Assembly (NCBI GenBank): GCA_002688265.1
Contig: NZCK01000007.1
Coordinates: forward strand, 104,739-168,738
Length of the DNA stretch: 64,000 nt
Direction: 5' to 3'
From: an archaeon
Lineage (GTDB): Archaea; Nanobdellota; Nanobdellia; Woesearchaeales; GW2011-AR9
The first letter of the stretch is position 1. Each line of letters begins with the position of its first letter. The position numbers and the translations under genes are program-made. Positions 53,897 through 62,182 of this stretch are shown here, one piece after another. A model generated the notes under the pieces. That model worked only from the letters and a program-made list of their open reading frames with translations. It had not been told where the DNA came from and ran no database searches.

Positions 53897-54772
53897 TCAA
53901 CTCATTAACCATAATCCCAGTAATATCATAAACAAAAGAAGACTTTTAAGAGGTAACTTCTCTGATTTTCGAAAATATCTTGGAAAGAAAGGAAAAAGAA
54001 CTAAAGAAATTAGTAGAATATACACTGGTTGAACCCCCCCAATCACTTTAACTAATGATACAGGCCCACGACTTATTGCAAGATGTGATACAAAAATTGC
54101 TGCTACATTTAATAGTTCTGAGAATACAAAAATTGGTGCATGGTGAACATTTTTCTTAATATATGGTATAAACTTTCTTCCTTTTGAAGGATATAACATT
54201 AAAATTATTGCAGCAATAAACATTCCTAATGAAACCAATACAAAACCAGTCCAGAAATTAACTTGTAAATAGATATATTTACTCAGCACCGCTGCGAATG
54301 CAGCGCAAGAAGTTGCACCAAGCATCAACCAAAATGATTTGTGAATTGTGAATTTTTTGATATTTGTTATGGAAAAAATTAAACTCGCTGAAAATATTAA
54401 CAAAAAACCTAACCAATTTAGTCCAGATAATTTCTCTCCAAGGAAGATTAGTGCAAGAATAGCAATTAGTGCAGGACTCATTGACCACAAAGCAACAGTT
54501 ATAGATGGTCCCCTCTCTTGCAAAGTGTGAAAGTAAAACGTATATGAACCAATAATTAGTATTCCTGCAGCAATTGAGAAAGAAATAATGGTGATACTTG
54601 GAATTGTTATTGGGAAAAAGAATAAAGCAAACAAAGGAAGACTTGCAAATAGTCCAGAAATGATGGCTCCAAAAAAAGGATTCTTGTAAATGTAGCGAAG
54701 CAAATTGTCATCAAGTAAAACTACAATCGCCCAGAAAAAGGGAGCAAGTAAAGCTAAAAATATCCATTCCAT
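53897..54772 (-). CDS. EamA/DMT-family transporter
   Basis: Ten hydrophobic segments in a two-fold repeat organisation, 291 aa. Confidence 0.65.
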   Translation of the reverse strand: MEWIFLALLAPFFWAIVVLLDDNLLRYIYKNPFFGAIISGLFASLPLFALFFFPITIPSITIISFSIAAGILIIGSYTFYFHTLQERGPSITVALWSMSPALIAILALIFLGEKLSGLNWLGFLLIFSASLIFSITNIKKFTIHKSFWLMLGATSCAAFAAVLSKYIYLQVNFWTGFVLVSLGMFIAAIILMLYPSKGRKFIPYIKKNVHHAPIFVFSELLNVAAIFVSHLAISRGPVSLVKVIGGVQPVYILLISLVLFPFFPRYFRKSEKLPLKSLLLFMILLGLWLMS

Positions 54773-54856
54773 TTATTTTATAAAATCTTTATGATATTTA
54801 AAAATGGTAGTTAAAATTGCACAATCTTTATTTAAAACAGGTTAAATTTGAAAAAT

Positions 54857-55288
54857 ATGGTTCTAGCTGCAAGTCATGTGATCGGGGCACTTGGAATTAG
54901 CCTCTTAGTCTCAAGATTCCTACCAGTTTCAAATTTAGGCTATGCCCTTGCAGCATTTGGTGCCCTGATTCCAGACTTTGATTTTCTATTTGCACTGATT
55001 TTTAATGATTTAAGCTGGCATCGAGCCTACCTAAATTTCTGGTTTATTCCTTTTCTAATATTTGGAATTGGTTGTTTAATATTCCCTAAAAAACGAGTGG
55101 AAGTGTTGTTGTTCTCTCTTGGCTACCTATCACATATCATATTAGATCTTCTCTCTGCAGACTTGTTCATTTTAGGATTGATAGATGGAGTGGTGATAAC
55201 AGTAATTGTTTTCTACTTACTAATATTTTATTGGAAACAAGGTGCTAATATAACATTAAATGGAAACAGTTGTCAAAAAAATCTTTGA
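54857..55288 (+). CDS. small membrane protein, YdjM/DUF457-like putative metal-dependent hydrolase
   Basis: SHVIGALG.., IPDFDF and SHIILD are spread over 4 TM segments. Confidence 0.4.
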   Translation: MVLAASHVIGALGISLLVSRFLPVSNLGYALAAFGALIPDFDFLFALIFNDLSWHRAYLNFWFIPFLIFGIGCLIFPKKRVEVLLFSLGYLSHIILDLLSADLFILGLIDGVVITVIVFYLLIFYWKQGANITLNGNSCQKNL

Positions 55289-55331
55289 AATTAGTAAGAG
55301 ATATAAAGGTAAAGAATTTGTTTTTATGTAG

Positions 55332-55667
55332 ATGGTTTTCAAAAACATTCTCTCTAAGGCAAAATCAGCTTTGGCTGACAGAAATAAAAAAATAAAAAAT
55401 GTTCGAAAAACTAAAGAACTTCCTGCAGCAAGAATGGAGGCAATCGATGCGCCAAACCGGTTTCTACGCTTCTACTATGCAAACCGAAAAGAATTACTTG
55501 CTGAACGTAAAGAAACCTATAATCAAAAATTGAAAAAAGGAATTTGTGTTAGGTGTAATTCCAAAGCTGTTTCTGGGATAAAATATTGTGCTATGCATCG
55601 TGAGATGCAACGTGAATATAATCGGAAAGCAAGAGAGAAGCGGAAGAGAAAAGAGAATATGAGTTAA
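55332..55667 (+). CDS. small basic protein with a CxxC..CxxH motif
   Basis: CVRCNSKAVSGIKYCAMH. K/R-rich. Confidence 0.4.
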   Translation: MVFKNILSKAKSALADRNKKIKNVRKTKELPAARMEAIDAPNRFLRFYYANRKELLAERKETYNQKLKKGICVRCNSKAVSGIKYCAMHREMQREYNRKAREKRKRKENMS

Positions 55668-55749
55668 AATATTTCTTTGAATTATTTACTCTTTCATTTA
55701 TTATATTTTGATCGAGAACCTTTTTATAGAATTTAATTAATTATAGGTT

Positions 55750-56295
55750 ATGTATAGTCGAAGAGAAATTATGGGTCTAATAGGAGCAAGTTTTGCAGGA
55801 TTATTACTACCTGGAAAAGCCATCCCTTCTGAGCCTTTACGGTTTCCAGATGTTTCAGTCCATAAAGAAAATGGACAAGAAACTAGCTTACACAAATTTT
55901 ATGGAAAACCTTTAATTCTAAATGTGTGGGCAGCATTTTGTAGACCTTGTATTGAAGAAATACCTTTAGTTAACAAGTTGGCAGCGGCCCATAACTTACT
56001 TGGATTATACATGATGTCAGGTGGCACTCTTGAAGAAGAACTGTTGGGGTTGCAGACTATTAAAAGAAACCACGCAGCAGCATTCCAAAATTTAGTTGTA
56101 CCAACTGGCTCTAGCAGTATAATAAACAAAGCCTATGTCAGACATACAAGTAGTGGGTACCTTCCAGTTCCAACGTTTTTTGTCCTTGATCCCATAGGAG
56201 ATGTACAGCATATTTCTGTTGGGACGTTAGATAGAAATAATAATTATGCTAGATTAGAACAAGCAATTGTAAGATTAGAAGAACAATATAAGTAA
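55750..56295 (+). CDS. TlpA/redoxin-like thiol:disulfide oxidoreductase, exported
   Basis: SRREIMGLIGASFAGLLL is a Tat-like signal. GKPLILNVWAAFCRPC carries the thioredoxin-fold CxxC. Confidence 0.7.
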   Translation: MYSRREIMGLIGASFAGLLLPGKAIPSEPLRFPDVSVHKENGQETSLHKFYGKPLILNVWAAFCRPCIEEIPLVNKLAAAHNLLGLYMMSGGTLEEELLGLQTIKRNHAAAFQNLVVPTGSSSIINKAYVRHTSSGYLPVPTFFVLDPIGDVQHISVGTLDRNNNYARLEQAIVRLEEQYK

Positions 56296-56316
56296 AGTTA
56301 GAATATCTTAATTGTT

Positions 56317-57804
56317 TTACTTTATCAAATAAGCTTCTTGATCTATTAATATCTTCTTTGCTAAATTAAGTTTGTCTTTACTCTCGGCATACAAAGTAAA
56401 CAAAATTTCTCCCTCTTCCACCTTGTCTTTCTTCTTCTTATAAATAAAAAGTCCTGTCCCTTTATCAAAAGGAGCACCACAAGTCCTCGCTAACTTGGCT
56501 ATCGTTAAATTGTCAATTGCTTTAACTTTTCCCTTTCTGTGAGCTTTGACATTAAAACTATATTTTCCAAGACTGGGCATCTTCTGCGGACCTTGCATCT
56601 TTATGATCTCTTGCATCTTTTGCCAAGCTAAACCAGACTCCAACAAATATTTAGCACGATGATAACCTTTCCCTTTCTTAACCTTCTTCGAAAGTTCAAG
56701 CAAGATTCCTGCCATCTTCAACGATTTTTCTTTCAAGTCAGTTGGGGCATGATCTTCATTTTTCAAAATTGTAATCACATCTTTTGCTTCTAGTAGTGGA
56801 CCTACACCATTACCAATTGGCTGGCTACCATCAGTTACAATAACCTTAACTTTAATCCCCAGGGCTTTACCCAACATTACAAATTTCTTTTTTAATTTAT
56901 TAGCATCACTTCGGTTCTTGGCTTTGGTACTTGGGCCCATAGGAATATCTATTAATACAATCTTAGCACCAACAGAATGTTTTTTCGCCATAACAGAAGC
57001 TAACAATTGGCCTTCAGCATCGATTGCAAGAGGCCTTTCAATCTCAATTATTTTGTCGTCAGCTGGAGCCAAATTCACGGAACCACCATGCACCAAAGCC
57101 ACACCACATTTTTTGATCACTTTTTCTATTTTATTCTTAGGCAATTCTACCCTAGCTAAACATTCCATGGTGTCAGCAGTTCCAGCTGGACTTGTGATAG
57201 CACGACTACTAGTCTTTGGCATAATCAAACCTGCAGCAGCTATTATTGGCCCTACAATCATTGTCGTTCTGTTATTTGGAACTCCACCAATACAATGTTT
57301 GTCAAGAACTATCCCATTAAACTTGAGCTGCTCTCCAGTTTCTACCATTGCTTTGGTCATAGCAACAGTTTCTTTTACAGAAAAACCATTCATATACCCT
57401 CCCATTACAAAAGCAGTTTTCTCAATGTCAGTTAATCTATCGTTTGTAATATCATCAATTATTTGGTGAAGCTCTTTACCGCTTAATTGCTTACCATGTA
57501 ATTTTTCTTTAATATATTGCAGGGATTTAGGTTTGCCTGCAAAATGAATTGAAACCTGATCTGTTGATTTTGCATTTAAATGTTTTAACGCCTCTTGAAA
57601 TAATCCTACCTTTCCTTTAGCTAAGGTTCTAGAACTTTTAGCAATGTCTAAAATAGCAGTTATTTCTTTTCTGCCTTTTTTAATTAAAACCCTATCACCA
57701 ATATTTAGATCTAATTTTTGAGCGTCTGATTCAGTAAGTAAAGCTATAAGAATTCCACCTGTTTCAATGTTCATTGCTTTAATTAGAAATTTATTTACAA
57801 CCAT
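56317..57804 (-). CDS. deoA: AMP phosphorylase (thymidine-phosphorylase family with an N-terminal extension)
   Basis: 495 aa, with an extra N-domain of about 85 aa. DKHCIGGVPNNRTT and the rest match the family-II nucleoside phosphorylase fold typical of archaeal AMPpase. Confidence 0.7.
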   Translation of the reverse strand: MVVNKFLIKAMNIETGGILIALLTESDAQKLDLNIGDRVLIKKGRKEITAILDIAKSSRTLAKGKVGLFQEALKHLNAKSTDQVSIHFAGKPKSLQYIKEKLHGKQLSGKELHQIIDDITNDRLTDIEKTAFVMGGYMNGFSVKETVAMTKAMVETGEQLKFNGIVLDKHCIGGVPNNRTTMIVGPIIAAAGLIMPKTSSRAITSPAGTADTMECLARVELPKNKIEKVIKKCGVALVHGGSVNLAPADDKIIEIERPLAIDAEGQLLASVMAKKHSVGAKIVLIDIPMGPSTKAKNRSDANKLKKKFVMLGKALGIKVKVIVTDGSQPIGNGVGPLLEAKDVITILKNEDHAPTDLKEKSLKMAGILLELSKKVKKGKGYHRAKYLLESGLAWQKMQEIIKMQGPQKMPSLGKYSFNVKAHRKGKVKAIDNLTIAKLARTCGAPFDKGTGLFIYKKKKDKVEEGEILFTLYAESKDKLNLAKKILIDQEAYLIK

Positions 57805-58032
57805 CCTAATCTAATGAAAGTCATTTAGTGTTTTTAATGTTGTTGGTTGATGATAATGTTAAGTTTAGTGAGAAAGGAAGTGACTAATATTTGAGTGATT
57901 TAAGCAAAAAACACCTGATTTCCACAGGAAATTGTCCCATTTTTACGAAATCTATATAAATAAACTAAAGGAATACAGTTATACTCATAATCAAAAGGTA
58001 ATGAGAAAAACAACAAACCGAGGTGTTAACCC

Positions 58033-58218
58033 ATGGAAGAAATGGAATTTTATGATGTTAAATCAAAAGCTAAGTTTAAGACTACTGAATACGAAATTCG
58101 TAAAAAAGATGTAAAAGGTAAACCACGATTTTTCGCAGTTGCTGCTGCTCCTAAACCAGGAACTCACGAATGTTGGAGAGTTGTTGGCGCAGAAAAAGCT
58201 AAAGAACTTATGAAATAA
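58033..58218 (+). CDS. small basic hypothetical protein (61 aa)
   Basis: ORF with GAGGTG about 10 nt upstream. K-rich beta-strand-like pattern. No family recognised. Confidence 0.4.
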   Translation: MEEMEFYDVKSKAKFKTTEYEIRKKDVKGKPRFFAVAAAPKPGTHECWRVVGAEKAKELMK

Positions 58219-58280
58219 TTTTTATTTTATTTTTTATTGTTTTATTTTTAGATTATATTCTTCTATATCTTTTTTCAATC

Positions 58281-59033
58281 TTAATTTTTGTTTGCTTGTT
58301 CCCAAATAATTCTAAAAAATTGTTTATAACTTTCTGCTAAAGTTTTATTCTCAATTACAATCGCCATAATCTCATCTTCTATTGGAAGCAAGTTGATTAC
58401 TAGGTCACCACAGACATCAACCATGGCTTGCGATTTATACTTGTTAGAAAGATAGCGAATTTGCATACTTTTGTCATTCCACCCAGAAGCCTTGTCTTCC
58501 CTTGAAGATTCATAATAAATTACTTTTCCTTTAATCTTTCTTCTCTTACGCTCCTCATTCCACTGCTCATGCCGATGTCTGAGATATTTACGATTTAATC
58601 CAGAACCCCCCAAACCATAAATTGTAGAATTCTGTTCTAACATCATATAATAAGCCCGGAGCACTCCTTCTGGACCAAAAAATTGGAAAACTTGTTTCTG
58701 CTCTTTGGTTAAAGCAAATTCTTGTTCAAGTGTAGGTAAAACTCCTTGCAAGATCTTCTGTTTCTGTTCCAATAATGTTTGCAGCTGAGTAGGGTTTGTT
58801 GCAGAAAATATTTGCTTTTTCTCTTTTTGCAGAGAACTAATCAGGCCTTTCTCTCTTAAACGTTCTAAAACATCATAAACATTTACACGATGAACTTTGG
58901 CAGAACGAGCAATTTCAATTGCTGTAGCAGGACCCAATCCTAACAAAGCCAAATATACACGAGATTCATTCTTACTTAATCCCAGCTCCATTAATTGAAA
59001 TGTTGTCTGTTCTTTCACTTGTAGTAATAGCAA
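58281..59033 (-). CDS. TrmB-family transcriptional regulator
   Basis: MELGLSKNESRVYLALLGLGPATAIEIARSAKVHRVNVYDVLERLREKGLI is the wHTH, followed by a TrmB C-domain. The start may be the Met at 58991. Confidence 0.8.
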   Translation of the reverse strand: MLLLQVKEQTTFQLMELGLSKNESRVYLALLGLGPATAIEIARSAKVHRVNVYDVLERLREKGLISSLQKEKKQIFSATNPTQLQTLLEQKQKILQGVLPTLEQEFALTKEQKQVFQFFGPEGVLRAYYMMLEQNSTIYGLGGSGLNRKYLRHRHEQWNEERKRRKIKGKVIYYESSREDKASGWNDKSMQIRYLSNKYKSQAMVDVCGDLVINLLPIEDEIMAIVIENKTLAESYKQFFRIIWEQANKN

Positions 59034-59115
59034 TTACTACTCTTTTTTATAAATTTATTGCTACTTTTTAGTGATACATCTAGTTTATCTACCTGTTTGT
59101 CCAAGTGAAAATAAA

Positions 59116-60609
59116 ATGAAACGAGATAAAAAACTGTTTTTGAGAGAAAAAGATTTTCTATGTGCGGCTGTGAAATATCGACAACGATTTGATGCCTGCC
59201 CACACTTTATGTGGTTTCTAGGAAAAGCACATTGTTCTTTGATCTTTAAAACAAAATTTCCGTTTGGCCAACACGTTGCAGCTGCAAGATTCTCAAAAGA
59301 CAAAGCAGATTGGTACCACATTGAATCAGAATTAAAAAATTCTGCTGATGCTTTAATCCTGTCAGCAAAAAAGACTTCTGATATTGCAGAAGATATGGTT
59401 AAAAAATTTAAAAAATATGAGAAATCATTTTATTCATTGTGTCAAGAAATTGATGCAATCTCTATCTCTGATTTTAGTCTTGATGAACTGTCTTTATTGT
59501 ATAAGCGATTTGCAGAAGCATACACAAAAAAATTAATTAGTTCTGGACCAATTGATAGTTTCGCACTTTCAACCGATAGATTGATCGCTGATATGATTCA
59601 CAAGGAACTTGCTAATTCGAGAAGTAACCTTAGTTTTGCTGAAGTATTTGAAGCGCTTACTGCTCCAACATTCCTTTCATTCTTACAAGAAGAAGAATTA
59701 ATGTTTGTTAGAATGATGCAACAGATCAAAGATAATCCAGAACTTCGGGAAACATTGTTTAAACAACACCAAGAAAAATATTTTTGGATTCACAATAACT
59801 ATGTTTCAGATGCCATTCTTTCACTAGAGCATTTTGAAGATAAGTATGCGCTTTTTGCAGAAGTTGATTTACCAGCACGAGAACAAGAGTTACAAACTAT
59901 TTCCAAAAGAAATCTGAAAAACAAGGGAAAATTGATTGAAAAATTACAACTTTCTAAAAGACTACAACAATTACTACAAATAACTGATGTTTTTAGTTAT
60001 TGGCAAGATGAACGTAAAAAAGGAACTTTCTTTGCAACACACTACTTAAGTCTGATACTTGAAGCAATTGTGATACAAACCAAATACAACTTTAGACAAT
60101 TACTTTATACTATGCCAGATGAAATCTCACAAATTTTTGATGAATCACTTCCAACAGAAGAGTTAGATGTGCGTTATAAAGATTGCTTGTTAATCTGGAG
60201 AGACTCAACATGGGACATAATAACCAACAGTGTAGAAATCGAAAAAATAATCTTAGATGATACACAAATTGAAGAAGAGCATGAACTAAGAGGAATAGGG
60301 GTTTCGCTTGGAACTGCAACTGGAGTTGTACGAGTGCTCAAAAGTGTTCAAGAACTTTCCAAAGTTAAGAAAGGAGATATTATTGTTGCTGTAATGACCA
60401 GACCAGATTATGTTCCTGCAATGGAAAAAGCAGCCGCCTTCATAACAGATGAAGGAGGACTTACTTGTCATGCAGCAGTTGTTGCAAGAGAATTTGATGT
60501 GCCTTGTATTGTTGGATGCAGAACTGCAAGTAAAATTTTCAAAGATGGCGATATTGTTAAAGTTGATGCAAATCATGGGTGGGTTCGAAAAGTTGAATTC
60601 CTAGAATAA
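59116..60609 (+). CDS. PEP-utilizer mobile (phosphohistidine swivel) domain protein with a large unknown N-terminal region
   Basis: C-terminus VMTRPDYVPAMEKAAAFITDEGGLTCHAAVVAREFDVPCIVG. Paralogue of 26755..27789. Divergent from a TrmB gene. ATG at 59116 preferred. Confidence 0.7.
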   Translation: MKRDKKLFLREKDFLCAAVKYRQRFDACPHFMWFLGKAHCSLIFKTKFPFGQHVAAARFSKDKADWYHIESELKNSADALILSAKKTSDIAEDMVKKFKKYEKSFYSLCQEIDAISISDFSLDELSLLYKRFAEAYTKKLISSGPIDSFALSTDRLIADMIHKELANSRSNLSFAEVFEALTAPTFLSFLQEEELMFVRMMQQIKDNPELRETLFKQHQEKYFWIHNNYVSDAILSLEHFEDKYALFAEVDLPAREQELQTISKRNLKNKGKLIEKLQLSKRLQQLLQITDVFSYWQDERKKGTFFATHYLSLILEAIVIQTKYNFRQLLYTMPDEISQIFDESLPTEELDVRYKDCLLIWRDSTWDIITNSVEIEKIILDDTQIEEEHELRGIGVSLGTATGVVRVLKSVQELSKVKKGDIIVAVMTRPDYVPAMEKAAAFITDEGGLTCHAAVVAREFDVPCIVGCRTASKIFKDGDIVKVDANHGWVRKVEFLE

Positions 60610-60732
60610 TCAGATTATTCTTGTGAAAAAATAATGAGTGTGTTTCAAAGATTAGCGTGAGCTTTTTTTGAAACCAAAGACAAGTGAAGTAGTTGAATGT
60701 AGCGTTAGCATTAGCGTTTTAAAAATAGAAAA

Positions 60733-62169
60733 ATGATTCCAAAAAAACTAAAGGAAAAAAAAGTATTAATTCGTCGCCCACCATATGTACATAGAGGCCC
60801 TTTTAGGCAGAGGAATCAATTAATTTGGCCTTCTGTTGCAAGCAACTTAGCTGCAAGATTAGAACTCTCAGGAGTTAATACTTCATTTAGTGATGGAAAT
60901 CTTTATCCACAATTACGAAGAACTGAACTTGGACAAAAACAGTTAATGTACACATTAATTGGTTACCCTTATGTTGACGTTGTTCGAGAAGAACTACAAC
61001 TCTTACGGCAGACAGGTTATTCTGAACCAGTATTCATTGGAGGACAAGGAATTTCTAAATTAAAAAAAGAACATCAAAATTTATTGTTTTCAAACTTGGG
61101 TCCAATTATTTTTTTAGATTCGCTTGAGGACCTAATTGATCCCCCAATCCCAGATAAATTTTCAGTAGATGTTGTTCCATGGATTAAAAGAAATTTATCA
61201 ACTGCAGAGATTAGCCAATATTTAGGATACTCTTCATTAGATTCTGTTCATCCTTTTAACTTTCCATTATTTATTGCAGATGGATGCCCACAGAGATGTG
61301 ATTTCTGTTCTGCTAACAAAGGAATGGCGCAACAATGGAGAAATGAAGAAGCTTTAAGATCAGAAGTTGAATATATTAGTGAACAAACTTCTGTCCGCCA
61401 GATGCCTGGGTTGGAAGTGTACCTATCAACACTAGATGGATTTTTGCCGGGAAGACAAGACGGAAAAATAAAATATATCCATGATATTTTAGAAGAGATT
61501 AGAGACTCAAAACAACCTGAAGAAGTGGATTTTCAAATGCAAATGTTAGCTTCAACCCACATGGCTGCTCGTTATGTGAAAAACTTTGGACTTGAAAAAA
61601 TCAGAAGTCTAAAACACCTAGGTCTTCAACTAGTCGGCTTTGGTGTGGATGGAGGAAGTGAAGAAACATGGGAAGGAATTACAAAAAAACAAACTAAAGA
61701 TGATGTTTATCGAGCTTTTGATGCTTTAACTTCTTGTGGAATAAACACCCAGGCACTAATTGTTATGGGTTTTCCTCCAAAAAATTTAGGTGAAGGAAAA
61801 ATAAAGTATCTATATCGGCATTGGAAAAAGCAAGAATCAGACATTGCAATTGCTGACGATCTGATTCGCCGTTTTGGAAAAGATACAGTTGAAGTTCGCC
61901 TGTATAGGGCAACTGATCTTAAAGAAGGTGCAGTAATGGGATACTCTTCTGCTGCACAGGACTTTACTACCTTAAGAGTCTCATTCCAAAGCGAAAGATT
62001 AGAAGGAATGATCTCAAGTGTAGTTTTTTTGCGTGGACACTTAAAACACTTAATTCAAGGAACTAGTGCAGCCCTTCCTAGTTTGCCTCTTCTTTCAGGT
62101 GGTAGAATTGTGAAGGCGTATTCTCTTGTTGCAGAAACATATAATGCTTCAATTCCAGTAGATCAATGA
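60733..62169 (+). CDS. radical SAM-like protein
   Basis: ADGCPQRCDFCSANKG is a CxxxCxxC cluster motif in a 478-aa protein. The rest is unassigned. Confidence 0.55.
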   Translation: MIPKKLKEKKVLIRRPPYVHRGPFRQRNQLIWPSVASNLAARLELSGVNTSFSDGNLYPQLRRTELGQKQLMYTLIGYPYVDVVREELQLLRQTGYSEPVFIGGQGISKLKKEHQNLLFSNLGPIIFLDSLEDLIDPPIPDKFSVDVVPWIKRNLSTAEISQYLGYSSLDSVHPFNFPLFIADGCPQRCDFCSANKGMAQQWRNEEALRSEVEYISEQTSVRQMPGLEVYLSTLDGFLPGRQDGKIKYIHDILEEIRDSKQPEEVDFQMQMLASTHMAARYVKNFGLEKIRSLKHLGLQLVGFGVDGGSEETWEGITKKQTKDDVYRAFDALTSCGINTQALIVMGFPPKNLGEGKIKYLYRHWKKQESDIAIADDLIRRFGKDTVEVRLYRATDLKEGAVMGYSSAAQDFTTLRVSFQSERLEGMISSVVFLRGHLKHLIQGTSAALPSLPLLSGGRIVKAYSLVAETYNASIPVDQ

Positions 62170-62182
62170 GTTAAAGTAAAGA

